Assembly (NCBI GenBank): GCA_038496445.1
Contig: JALMLS010000579.1
Location: 186,001-250,000 of the forward strand
From: Trichosphaerium sp. ATCC 40318
Taxonomy: Eukaryota; Protista; Tubulinea
Direction: 5' to 3'
DNA length: 64,000 nt
The notes under the pieces were generated by a model. It was not told the DNA's origin, made no database searches, and was given only the letters and a program-made list of their open reading frames with translations. Both the position numbers and the translations under genes were made by a program. Positions 30,761 through 44,110 of this stretch are shown piece by piece (the first letter of the stretch is position 1; every line of letters starts with the position of its first letter).

Positions 30761-32370
30761 TGCTGTATTTGCTGATTACAGCATTGGTAGTGTTATTATA
30801 GTATTAACAACCAACAAGAAGCGTTCAGCGGAATAAAAGCGTTGTGAGACTCACTATGACTTTTTGGGAACCACGGGGTTAGCTCAATTTAGAAAGCAGA
30901 TACTATTTTCGTTTTTACTAAATCTATAGAGCACGTTTGCACACGTGTGCTATAAATATCTCGGCATACCTAACATCTATAATTTTCTATGACTACAATG
31001 TCCTATTCTCAACCATGGTAGCTCCGCAAGTGCATAAATCAGGTTTTATTGACATGGTTTTTAAAAACACTGATCTCATGACCGCAGGCTGGCGGGTTCA
31101 TAAGAATTTCAACTTTTTTCAACGCAACCATACACACAGCAGTCAACTTTTAATTGTTTGTTTCTTTTTACAGGTATGGGAATCATGCTCAATATTGTAT
31201 ACAAACAGCAAAATCTCATATTGAAGCATTTGATAGGCCGGGACATGACGAAATTCACAGTGTCCACATTTTTCTGTTTTTTTTAGCAGTGTCCATGAAT
31301 TGATCACGCACCACCTGAGATAATACAAAATAACGTGATATGGTTGCTGTATAGGCAAGTGACATAGAGTGTTCAATACAAGACCCCATTGAGAATATCA
31401 ATGTCATTAAAATGAGTGACATACATTTCCCTACGAACTGAAATTTGAGAGTTTAGTAGTAATGCATACACTTGTAGTCATTGTAAGACTCTAAAATGTC
31501 TACAAGATTAGTGCTAGGGCAATAAAATAGATGTGGCTTCAGTTATGGATCTTTGGAGTTGTCACATAATACACACGCAAAATTCAAGCAACCGGGCAGA
31601 CACTTAAATATGTACCCTTTGTGTTGAATCCAACGTTGCGCCTATTGATTGGTCGTTTTTTGAAACTTTCGCTACTAAAATCGTTAGTATGATAAACGAA
31701 GTGTTGTAGAAGATCCTTTATGAATTGTAACGCGTGATAAGTTGTGTACAAGCTTGTTAAACCAGAAAATGTTGTAATGTACACTAAACGACACGCCATG
31801 ACACGCCATGACAAACTACGTACTGTTTTTAAACCATGTGATTGATTCTTATGAATGGGGAGTTCAAAAAGTTAAGTCTTATGAATGGGGATATTAAGTC
31901 GTAAGATCTCGGCAGGTGTAACAATGAGAAAACATAACCATTCACTCCCTGTGACGGAGAGAGAGATAAACAAGTGAACACGTGTTTGGCCTTAATCGGT
32001 ACAAACCAAAGAGACCAACCAATCCAGACGTTCTACCCCCCCTTGTAAAAGAAAGGAGATGGGGAGCGAAGCGGTGGTGGCGGGCTAATCGATTCGATGG
32101 GTTTTATTTATCAATAGTAAGTTTTCAGTAATGCACAACGAGTTGTACACGACGAGAAAGGAGGAATTGATGTACAGTCCATTCTTTTCCTTTTCGCCCG
32201 AAATAAATGCGCACAATTATTTCGCCGGGAAAAAACAAAGAGGAGTGGCACATGTAAGTTAGGTCTATTATACATAAGTTATAGGTCGCTAGAAAGCGTT
32301 ACATCTCGGACTATCACGGAGCCCGTTCAGTCCGATTGCAATATTATTAACTGAATATCATGCTAACAGG

Positions 32371-33798
32371 TTATTGCTCGACACGATAAAATCTCCAAAA
32401 GCTGTTTTGATGTACTACTTTAACCGTACTGAAACCAGCACGTTTTACGATATCCTTCATAGTAGAGGCATGTATACAAGCGCCAATAGCTTCTGAGTTT
32501 TCATAAACCATAGCTTGAGGTAAGCAATGCATGACACTAAAGCTGTAACAAAACCTTCCCATAAAATTCTTGTCGTCTTTCGAAAATGACGTTACTGATC
32601 CATCAACAGCCTTTGGTAACATATCTTCAAGTTTGTCTTCTACACGCTCATCGGCAATAAACACAACACCTTCCAAAAACAAGTAAGTAAGCAGGATTTT
32701 TTTGGTATACTTTTGCCCTTAAAACGTACCTCCCGGCTTTAAGAAAGGCTTGATACTTTTTAGCACTTCAACAGGGTTAGCCATATCATGTAGGCATTCA
32801 AAGAAACTAATAAGGTCACATGACTCCTTTTCAATATTGGCCTCATGTGCAAAACAATTGTGCAAAGTAATACGATTCTAATAGTTATTTTAAGTTGTTG
32901 TACCAACCGTAATGTCACGTACCTTCATTCCAGCTTTTTCAATGTTTATCTTTGCTTTAGCTACTGATATATCATCGCAGTCGAGACAGTCTATTACGGC
33001 ATTTGGGAAAGCTACAAAAGCTCTATTAGCATCACACATAACTAGCTACTTCTTACCTTTTGCAAGAGCGATAGTAGATACCGCTGTACCACAACCAACA
33101 TCTAACAATCTACCGCCTACAAGCTGTTAAGCTAAACATACGAAAGTGTCATACCAGATTTTAGTTTTTTATTGATGTCTGGGATTGCTTCAAACCATTC
33201 CACAAGTTCGTGCGTATACATAGGTAAGTTACCACCGCCAACCTACACATTTAATAAACGGCTATTTATATCACGTGTCTATTTATAAAAACGTACTGCA
33301 GCTATGCACTCTTCGCCATAGTCTCTATACGGTACACCTCCTCCATTCTTAAATGCTTCTAAAAGCTGTGGCATTATACGGAAATTTGGAAGCCTGTTAT
33401 GGTTAGAAACCACCAGGTACTAAAACGGTCTTTGTCATACCATGTTGTAAAAGCTCCAACATAGCTTGGGTTAAGTGTATCACAAAGTGATACGGCATGA
33501 CCTTCGGGAAGTGTGAAAGTCTCAGTCGAAGCATCAAAGGTTATGTATCCGTGCGTAGCGCAACAGTGAAGCCATTCTTTTATGTACCGAGCGTTGAGGT
33601 TACATTGCTTGGCAAAATCCTTAGCTGTAACAGAGCCAGATTTACGAAGCTTTTAAAGTTAGTAACTGTTTGACAACGATGAGACGCTTGTCGTGCCTGA
33701 GGCCATAGTTTTAGGTTATGGCCAATGTACAGCATGAATACGCCAAGACCACCTGTTACTTCTCCAAGAACACGTTCCGTAAATGCTTGTGCTTCCAT
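32371..33798 (-). CDS. Class I SAM-dependent methyltransferase with N-terminal winged helix (Rv2258c-like)
   Basis: YIGHNLKLW, RYIKEWLHCCATHGYI, LLDVGCGTAV, ISFFECLHDMANPV, GRFCYSFSVMHCLP, AIGACI. Confidence 0.85.
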
Positions 33799-35075
33799 GA
33801 TGTATTACTCAGATGTTATTTTTACAGTTATGGTTTCTTAGTGAACCTGGAGCGTCGGAGGAACTAATTATACCGAAAAATACTTTTAAAAAGTTTCTCT
33901 AACATCACTCTGCCATACGCTTGTTCGTGAATACTGTTGTGTCTGGTAGAAGTTAGTTATTATCAACAAGAGTATCACATTCTGCTTGGATCGATACCAT
34001 TGAAGCGTTGAACTGGTTTGTATATAGTATTCGACTCTACAAAAGGTTGTTGCTTTTATAATACTACCAATGTTCTTGCGACTGAGCATTTTGTTTCTCA
34101 AGAATCGGAGGAACTAATTATACCGCAAAAGGTAAAAAAATGTTGTGTCAACCACTGTATCGTATTCTAGGCTCAACTTAGTTTCATTCGAAACAAATAC
34201 CCTTTGTAGTCACGCGCCTTGTGAATTTAGGTACATCTAAAACTCCAAGGGGTGAAACGGCTAGCACGCCCTAATGATTTCAAAATCAGCTGAAAATGAT
34301 GACGTTTCACAACAATCACGTTTTGGTTTTTTCGGGCAATGGAAGTGATTTTCAACTTTTAAAAGTTATCTATATGCAAACACTATAACCTACATATTAT
34401 CTGTTTTAGCTAAATAGAATGCGAAGTGGAATGAATTGGGCCGGAATAAATCGTTTCAAACAACAACAAAGTCTGAATTTTAGTTTAAAGACTCACATGA
34501 AATTTGCGTGAAGGTGACCTAAAGTCGTTAACAAAACATCTGAAAGGATAAGAACCAAAAGGAATTGTTCTCCAGGATGAAAGAACTATATAGTTTACGG
34601 ATTCGTTGGCTTGATTGAGCACTTCTTTGAACTAGATACGCTAGAATAGAAAAGCCAAAGATATCTTCACGTGGTGTGCAGAAGGGGGATTTGTGGATTA
34701 AAGAAAGTGAGGTCTAGAGGGAAGTTCCACACAAAGAAACTCGTAGCATTCACAAAACAACTGACAAGTTAAGCGATTGAAGCAACGTGCAGCCTATCTT
34801 AGCAAAGTCAATACATCTGTGCTACTCCCTTCACAGCAATATCATACGCTCAACTAGCATTCATACTTGCAAGACTTATGTACTGTAACGCTATTATCCG
34901 TCAATCAAGTGAGTATTTAAACAGTGACATCCAAATGCACTGGTAAGAAAACTGATAGATAGTAGGTCGCCTGGTTACATACCAAATAAGATCATCATCA
35001 ATTTACTCGCAGCATGGGTTGTAGTCCATATCTGATATATATTCTCAAACAAACTCGTTAAAAGCTCAGGTGCTA

Positions 35076-35300
35076 ATGAAGGTGATAGTACAAACTCTTA
35101 CTGGGTACACTTTAAATCTTGATATTGATCCAACTTCAAAAATTACAATATTGAAAGAACGGATATTTGACATGGAAGGTATACCTCCAGATGAGCAATG
35201 CCTTATTTTTGGTGGTCGACAGCTTGAAGATGATAGAACAATCCAATCATATTAAATAAGAAACAGGTCTACAATACACCTTGTATGGAATCTCAGATAA
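35076..35300 (+). pseudogene. Ubiquitin-like sequence with in-frame TAA and no C-terminal di-Gly
   Basis: [59 protein letters not shown]. The TAA at 35253-35255 interrupts continuing ubiquitin similarity. Confidence 0.75.
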
Positions 35301-36055
35301 GAAACATCAAAAAAACCTGGTTTGTACTTCTAGAAAATAAAACATCTTTTTTTCGAAAATAGAACTGTTTTTTTTGCAAGTTGCAATCAAATCGTGACTT
35401 GATTTTGAAATAGAGCTACCTCCAAGTCAACATAGGCTTCACAAAGGGTTTTAAGTAGATTCGCGTGTTCATAAGAACAGTTTTCTGAACATCTGTACTG
35501 ACACCAAAGAAACCAATAAGGACGTACCTGCGTCAATAAGATATTAATTTCAAGAAAGAGTATTTTGCGCAAAACAAGAAGCACGTTGTATTTTTTAAAG
35601 GTAATCACACGTTCTAGCAAGTATTTGATAACATAGTTCCGAAACATGGTTTTTAAATCACGTGACCACTAAATTTTGCTAAAGCTAGTGCAACCAAAGA
35701 TCCTTGAACCAGCAATACAACAAAAATTACTGTCAGGCATGCTACGTGAAAACTTTTATACTTGAGACTAGTCTCCAACAACAACTGTCATGAGTGAAGA
35801 TGTTACTTTTCCTGTTTGGTTAACCTTTTTCGTTTTGTGTAGCACTTTTATTTTTCTTTTTATTTTCTTGCCTCTACATTCATGCTAGTGTTACTAAATA
35901 ACCCCGAGTGGCTGCTTCTAGCCACCAATAGCGAGTGCCTTTCCTACTTCACGTCTCGAGCCTTGACCCGTCTTCTGAATTACCAATACCCTAAAAGTCA
36001 TTTTTGGTCAAGGCTAGCAGCTCATACTCAACTTGTTTGAGGTGTAGGGTTCTAC

Positions 36056-38369
36056 ATGAGTGCCATAACGCTTCTTCCTCCCGAAATTTTAGTACATGTA
36101 CTAAATGAGGGTTTTTAAACTAAACTTTGTCTTACATAACGTCTAGGTTCTCAAGTGTTTACCATACGCAATACTATGTTCAAAAACAATGGTATGTTCT
36201 AAATCTGTTTGTATAATAACCGATTATGACTCAAAACCATGTTGAAAGTACTTGGTAAGCTAAACGCTCCCACCCTAGGTTTGTAAGCGATGGCGTGAAT
36301 TAATTAGATTAAAAGAAGTGTGGAAGAAGCCGCTGTGTGTTATGGTAGGATCAACAGTAGAGGATGGTGCGTATAAGAGTCCTTGGTGCTAACAAAACTA
36401 AAAAAGCAAAGGCCAGAAAACCAACAGTTAACCGTTAACTACTTTTTTTGTTTTAGTTGAAAAGTTAATGAAATCACGTGCTGAATGGGTGTGTTTCAAG
36501 CGTGTTGTATTTAACCCAACGATGGCAATACATGAAAGTTATCTATTTATGTACAAGGTAAACTATTTTTGAGGTAGCGTTCTTAATTAAGATTGTTTTG
36601 TGTTAGATACTGTATGATTCTATTCAAAGTGAAGAAGGTATCGAATGGAAAGAACGAAGAATCAAAGAAGGGGTATTATGCTTAAATGACGCACGTGGGT
36701 TCACTGTAGATGGACTTGTTAAACTGATTTCGCATCCTGCAAACATTGCTTGTAAACCAGAATTTACTGTACTCAAACAGTTCTATAGAACTAACCATTA
36801 CAATGTGACAAGTACGCTATCAATAACCAATGCTCTAGTATTTTCTATTCTTGTACAAAAAGCAAGCTAGAAAAAAGGTTATTTATGGAAGTTGTGTTTA
36901 CACGTGGATTTCTAGGTGACGTTTTGTGCCTGATTGTTGGAGGTTTAATGACACATCCCAAGTTTGGTATTACACTTGTAGATGAGCTTATTAGAGTTTA
37001 TGATAAAGATCCATATGGACACAGGGCGTACAAGTATGTTAATCTAACGTAAAAACTTATATCTTATGGAAATAAATGTAGAACTGTTCAGTTTCTAGGG
37101 TTCATGCTATCTAATCTCCCTTTGTCTCTACAGATTGCCTCACTTAACAATAATGAATTTGAACTTACTGATGAGTTCAAAGATCAAATAGATCACCTCA
37201 TGCCTCATCACAAAGATATTATACTAAGAGCATTTAGTGATAGAGTAATACACTGTACAGCCACCAATGTAAGTTGGTTTTTTTTATTCGCAAAATGAGA
37301 TGCTTATCTTACGTTCTAGGAATCACTACAAACGCTTTGCTGTCCACGTGTGAAACGCACAGTGAATTTATTTGCTTGTGTAATAAAATTTAAGACCGAA
37401 CCAAATAGTATTTGGGATATAAAGCCAAGAGAACTTGCGATAGAGCGTACTCTGTGCACGTTTGAAATGTACTTTTTTTTGTAAAGGATGCTTCATTTGA
37501 CAACTGTGTCTTAGGTTTCAAAAAGTGAATATTGGACAGTTTGCATTGTATGAAGAAAATCCTAGAGAAGGAATTGTCAAAGAAATAGTTGATTTGTTCA
37601 ACGAGGTAAAACATAAGGATGGTTTTTATTCTTTCTAAACTCACTTTTTTCCATTTTTTAGTTATCTCTTTACGTACTTTATGCTGTCACCAGTGAAAAA
37701 ACATCTCCACAGAAAAGAGCTGAACGAGTGACATTCTTCATACAGTTTGTTGTTGAGCTTATTAAACTTGGAAATACAAACGATGCAATGGCTGTAATGT
37801 CAGGACTTTTTAGAGTAAAAGAACAGTTAGAGCAGACATGGAATCACGTGCGCCCCAATACTTTTTCACTACTACCTTCTCCTCACCAAAAATCCCATCT
37901 AGCTGTCAGAGTCCATTAAAGCGAAGTACAATTGTGCAAACCAATTAATAGATCCAAGTCGTGGCTTTAATAATCTGAGAAGATTTATTAGCGTGTTATT
38001 GTACTCACAATCTTATTTTTTTCCTTATTTGTTTGATCTTTCTGGCTCTGTTTGAATTTTTGTTTTTTTTTCTCACTCTCTTGCAGGAACAGATTGGAAC
38101 CACAAGTACCTTACCTTGGTTTGTATCTGACAGATCTTTTTTGGGTCAATGAGGGAAATCGTAAAACTTATACAAGCAACTCAAAAGCATACTTCTCTAC
38201 TGTTCTTTGGTTTTTCAAATTGAGACACGCTCTTTCCTTCTACAATTCTCTCCAATCGGAATACCCATATGCATCTACCCCATCCATTAGGAAACTTATA
38301 GAGGGTTTAAAATCTCCTTTAAGTGAAGAAGAAACGACTTTGATGGCAACGAACCTCGAAACAGAATAA
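36056..38369 (+). CDS. F-box + RasGEF (CDC25-like) domain protein
   Basis: N-terminal LLPPEILVHVLKCLPY..VCKRWRELI; C-terminal ELIKLGNTNDAMAVMSGL and PQVPYLGLYLTDLFWVNEGN. Confidence 0.8.
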
Positions 38370-38419
38370 GATGTACATACATATAACTTTCTTTGCCTTG
38401 ATTACAACCAAGTCACTAT

Positions 38420-39704
38420 TTCCATTATTTTTGTAAGCCGTACAGACATATTGTTCGAACGTTGGTTCGTGTCAAACAAAACGTAAACAAAAAAAGAACA
38501 CCTTGCCATCCCAACTTTTATCTTTTTGTCTCACGTTTAACCACAGTGTATCTGAAAAAATTGAAGACAAGGTTTCTGATTTGTGACAGTCAATGTGTTT
38601 AATATTTGTAGGTACAAAATCAGTATGCATAGGTCATAGTAAGAAATTCTTATAGATTTGACACATGCTTTTGCTGGTACTTTTTTACATCTTTAAGAGA
38701 ACATTGTTATCAAAAGCCAACATTGTATCTTGTCTGTTATTCCATACTTTTCTCATTCGCTTGTGAGCCTTTCCAACTGGTTTGAATATCTGTCTATTAC
38801 ATGCACGTGGTTCTTTAAGATTCTCTACATGTTCAACTAAAAAATCCTCGCAGGACAGCCATCTCCTCGTAAAAACATGCTTTTGCCAAATGAAGGAAAC
38901 ACTTTGAGAAGAGATACAAATCTCAGCCTTTTCTGTGATAAGCATACTTGATTAAAGCTGTTAATCGTACCCAAGTCTTTTCTCCAGTGCCCAAGGTGAT
39001 ATCTATAGCATAACGTTGTTGTGAGTGTCCACTGTTTGGACCATGAACATTCAAAGTTCTCCTCTGTCTTTTTTTGTGTTTGCGTCTGTTTCTTTCTCTC
39101 CGCTTCTCGTCAGGAGTTTTTAAGTGATTAACACGGCTGTATGGAAGCGTTTCAAAGAAGCCACTGTTGAAAGGTTTGTAACTGCCCGCTTTGTACCAAT
39201 CCTTAAGTGAACTTTAGCGAAAGACGTTTTTTTGAATTAAATAGTGCTCACCTGTTGAGGTACTGCTTTAATTTCGCCTCTACCAACCTGTAGAATAGTA
39301 GAAGATCCAAGGTAAAAAACAAAGCTACCTCTTTCTGGGTTATCTTCAACGGAGTACACACCTGATATCTAGCACGTGTCAAAACGAGGAAAAAAATTGT
39401 TTTGCCTGTGCTTACAGACTTAAGAATCTCTTCTTTTCTACTCTTCTCCTTCAAATATAGCAATGAATACTGTAGATACTTCGGTTCTACCGCTTTTATG
39501 TTATCTCTGTATTTCTCGAAGACCCATAACCCTTAAAAAGGCGTTAGAGGTACAGACGATAAGCTTGATAAACATACAAAGTGTTCTATGCTGTATGCTT
39601 CTTTTTAAAGAGCCACAAACGCTATTGAGACGTAAAATATCAATTACTGGTAGATAAGAAGCAATAGTATGTATGAGCTCTCGCGGAAGTACTTGTATGC
39701 TCAT
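38420..39704 (-). CDS. F-box protein
   Basis: MSIQVLPRELIHTIASYLPVIDILRLNSVC F-box; multi-exon; 3' end approximate. Confidence 0.7.
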
Positions 39705-40027
39705 GGTTGAGTTGATGTACTACTTATTCCTTGTATGTAGGAAAAAACACGTATTTCTTCAATGAACGACTCTCAAAGTGAGAAATTGTTTTGAATCGTT
39801 TGGTTAATAGCGACTGGAAAGGGTAAGTCGCTGAGACTACCTTTCTAAACGTGGTGAGGCCTTCGTCTTCAAAAAGCCACTTAAACTCTTTTCCTCTAAC
39901 TTAAAGGCATGCGGCGTGTTGGAGCTAATACAATACGAAACCTCTTTAGTTCAATTCGGTTGAAACAAAAAAATACCAAATATTGTTTCAAAAAAACCAT
40001 ATTATTTTGCTATTTTTGTTGTATCTC

Positions 40028-42712
40028 CTATAGCTTGGCTTGGTTTGCTATTTTGAATAATCTCTTTTCTTCAGCACGAAGCAATCTTCTAAGTATCTTA
40101 CCACTTGCAGATTTTGGTACAGAAGGTACAAATGCAAGGTCTTTAATACGTTTGTATTTCGCAACTCTTGATTGAAGCTATTAGCGAAAAAAACTCGCGA
40201 CATTTTGTTTCTTTAGTGTGGCGTACCTGTCCGAAATGAATTTTTCAATATCCTTTCTCATTGTAGGACTTGCTTTGAAGCTTGGTTTCAAAACAACAAA
40301 GGCTTTAGGTACCTCTCCTAGAAATAGCATTAGTAACAAGAAAAAATTGAGAAAAAAGTTTATCAAAAAACAAACCTGATTCGTGGTCAGGTTTAGCTGT
40401 TACAGCACAATCAGCAATCTTTGGATGTTCTAGTAACATTGCTTCTAATTCAGCAGGTGCGACTTGGAATCCTTTAACCTAAAAGGAAAACAGAGAGTAA
40501 GCTATAAACTCCACAGGACATTTAGAGATAAAACAACTACCTTTATCAATTCCTTGATTCTATCAACTATGAAGTAATAGCCTAAATGCCATTTGAGTAT
40601 TATATCTTAATATACTCGTAGTACCATTTTCATCTACATATCCGATATCACCAGTATGAAACCACCCATCACGGACACAATCTACAGAGTTCTTAGAAAA
40701 CAAAAGACAAAAAAAAAGTTGTTTTTTTGTATTCATACGTTTTGTTGCCTCGGGCTTTTTGTAATAGCCTTTCATTACGTTTGGTCCTTTGAAACAAAGT
40801 TCACCAGGCTTATAAAGTGTTAATTACAACAAAGGGTCTGGAAGAAGACTTACTTTGCCAGCTGGAACAATTTTTCCATCGTCATCAACAATCTTACATT
40901 GCTGTACAAAAAATCAACCAAAGAACACAAAAATCATTCGTAATGACGTACTAAGAAAGGTACAAGCATACCAATTGATCCTGAAACGATCAAATGCTCT
41001 TCATTTGGATCTATAAAATTGTTAATTAAGAAGGTACAACGGTCAGTCTTTGACGTGCTTATATGAGTGACTGGGGATGTCTCAGTAAGACCATAACCCT
41101 GTTTGATCAAAGCCCCAGGGAAACGAGTAGCACACTGCTTTTCTACGTTTCCACCAAGCGGTGCAGCACCACTCATGATAATTTCAATACAAGACAAGTC
41201 TATAAGAGAAAAAGAAAGTTAAACATTACCTTCTTTTCAAAAGAAAACCACGACAAATATTGTAGCGTACCGTATTTTGACACCAATGGATTCTTAGCCA
41301 GTAGAAGCACTATTGGTGGTACAATATATAATCTATTGATTCTAATAATATAATTAGAGTCCAAAAATCATTTGAAGAAAACATGTGAAAGGTGACATTT
41401 AGGCAAGAAACTTACTTATATTGTTGAATCGCTTCAAGAAACTGTTTGAAGTCGAAACGAGGCATAATAACCACTGAGCCCTAAGAATATACTTGTCAGG
41501 CGAACGAAAGAGGCATAAAAGGGACCGCTAAAGCTATAAAAAAAAGTAATGCATACCCCTGCTTTAAGCGTTGCGTGAAGAATAACAACTTGACCATAAA
41601 TCTAAACATTAACATTACTGATAAAGTGTTGTTTTGAAGCCGTACATGAAAGAATGGAAGAACAGCGAGAACGACATCTCTTTCTGATACTTTCTCTATA
41701 TTTAACTGTACAAGGTTTGAAACGATATTGTGGTGAGTAAGCATGACACCTTTAGGGAAACCTGTTCGAACAAACCAAATTAGAAACTCGAAAACAAACG
41801 GGAACTCAGATTTTACCGGTTGTTCCTGAAGAGTATGGCAAAGCCTGTAATAACATTAGTTCACGCTCATAATAAGATTAAACTTACAGCAAGATCTTCT
41901 TTGTAATTGTATTTCAAGGTATCTTTGTAACGCATCATTTGTTGTTCTTTTCCTTCACCCATTTGCATCAGCTCATAAAATGCAAACTATAAAAAAATCC
42001 CTTATTCGAGTGTAAAAGAAGATGGTACTTACGTTGTTCATTTGAGAAGGTAATCTAACAGCGCTAGGTGTGAAAGAAATGACATTTACTAACTTGGTAT
42101 CTACAATAATGTCAAACGAGCGGATTAAAAATCATCCGGTTAAAGATGGACGCCAAAGAAGGAACGAGGAAAGATCTTTTGGGATTTGGGTTTTTTTGAA
42201 ATGTTTTAAAAATCACGTGCTCTTGGCTTTTGCTAAACGTGGTACAACATCATCAGCGCATACAATAAACCTAAGCTCACTCATTCAGAGTACCAATTAA
42301 GAGATATAATGTAATGTACCTCGCTCCTGAATCGCCTAGCATGTATTCGAGCTCTTCAACAGTGTAAACAGGGTTTAGTGTCGTCACAGTGCCTCCAAGG
42401 CATAAAACAGCGAAATAGCTTATAACCCACTCTATAGAGTTTGCACTGTTGTTTTAAACGTTAGACATACCTTTAGAAGTGGGAACGAGTTGCGTACCTG
42501 CATATTCCGCAAATATCGCCTTGTGATAAACCAAGAGAACGAAGAGCATACGCAAACTGTAGTACGTATGCCCTTAGTTTACGGTACGTGACTGTTTTAC
42601 CCGTTAACGCATCTACTAGCGCTGTAGTGTCTTGATACTTTGTGTTAAAGATAGCATGGTCATGGAGCGTTTCGAACGGTATAGTATCGTTCGTTTGAAG
42701 TTGTTTTGTCAT
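40028..42712 (-). CDS. 4-coumarate-CoA-ligase-like / luciferase-like acyl-CoA synthetase with PTS1
   Basis: [64 protein letters not shown]; ends ANQAKL*. Confidence 0.92.
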
Positions 42713-42929
42713 CACGGATGAAAATTACAACGTTTTGACTTTTCGATCAAAAAACTTTTTAGCAGCTAAGCTTGACCAAGGAAAAGTCGCAAAAAATTGC
42801 GAGTTTTCAACATCAGAGTACAGTTCGCAATTGCCCTTTTAGCCTTTTAATAAGGTATATTATACATACATAGCATGCAATCAGTGAACATTAGATATGT
42901 TAAGTAAAATAACTCTATTTGACAAATAA

Positions 42930-44008
42930 TTCTTAATTTTTTTTTTTCTTTTACTACGCAAACAGTATACTGTATGCCTGGCGAATATTGAAACCCCTTT
43001 TGTCTATTTGTGTTAAGCAAATAGTGCTTTTATAGCTGAGTCGTTGGTCATATCCGCTGGGGAGATGCCTAAACAAAAAAATTAACGTAATTGCCTTTTT
43101 TGGTTTTGCAGCAAAAAATAAAATTATTCAGTTTTCAGACACATGGCGTGTCAGAATTAGACATATGAGATAAAATTAGTGCGTAGACAATACTTGCACC
43201 CACAAACTAAGCGAATCTCGTAATTTGCATTGCCAATGTGAATGATTTCATTTGCTATTTCCCTTTCTAAAATACCACGTACCTAAACCATCCTTCTTGT
43301 TTTTATCTGCACCCTTTGATATCAGAATATTTACCAAAGCTATATTACCACTCTCTGAAGCGTAATGAAGAGCAGAGCGACCGGATGATGTAGTCTATAG
43401 GTTAATTAAGGGATTATGTCATGCAGTACTCCGTCTGACGTACATCATTCACGCCTGCGCCTCCATCCAATAATGCAGCTGCAGATTCGGCTCTATGTAG
43501 TGTCAACATTGCTGAGTGAAGTGTCATTGACTTACTTGCTCCCCTGACAAGCTAACATCAATGGTGTAAGACCTCTAAACGTCTTAAGGGATGGGTCAGC
43601 GCCTTTGGCTAGAAGTGCCACTATAACTTTTGTGCAACCTGTACTGGCTGCAATATGAAGTGGTGTATTACCACGTTTATCAGGCAGGCTTGTGGAAGCG
43701 CCCAAATTTAACAGTACGTTAATACAACCTCTAACAGCTATTATTCGCTAATTTTGAACTTGAACAATATCGTACGGGTCTGGGTGAATTGCTGCAGCGT
43801 GTAAAGCAGTTTGACCCTAGCTACTATTTCAATTATGTTGTTTTGCGCTAAACGCACGCTTGGATCAACGCCATTGATATCTACGCCGCTCTTTTTCAAG
43901 AAGCCTAAAAAACCGTTAACATTCGCTACAATTCTATAACTTACCCTCAAGCGAGTACTCTTGGCCCATAGCGGCTGCATTGATAAATTGCTGTTGTGGT
44001 GTACCCAT
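42930..44008 (-). CDS. Ankyrin-repeat protein
   Basis: GQTALHAAA, GNTPLHIAASTGCTKVIVALLAKGADP, GRSALHYAS. 3' end approximate. Confidence 0.8.
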
Positions 44009-44110
44009 TTCACTGTACAGCTGAACCACAAACTTAGTCTGATTAAGTTTTCCCACAATTCTACTATCTATTTAACTAAACAAACCGCGATCGTACGAGC
44101 GTAAGTACAA

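Noticed and set aside
32306-32336. TCGGACT...AGTCCGA hairpin downstream of the methyltransferase
   Set aside because: Only a 7-bp stem with no other support.
35253-35255. Alternative genetic code (TAA/TAG reassigned)
   Set aside because: Conserved genes (DMC1, 4CL-like, M17 peptidase, rhodanese) end at TAA/TAG where expected, and I found no other in-frame TAA/TAG in conserved exons.
35387-35647. 86-aa minus-strand ORF with upstream TCACGTGA
   Set aside because: No recognisable domain; cannot be distinguished from chance.
35959-36015. Second SECIS on the minus strand (ATGA...GA inside a stem)
   Set aside because: Helix II is too short and poorly paired, and no upstream UGA-containing gene was found.
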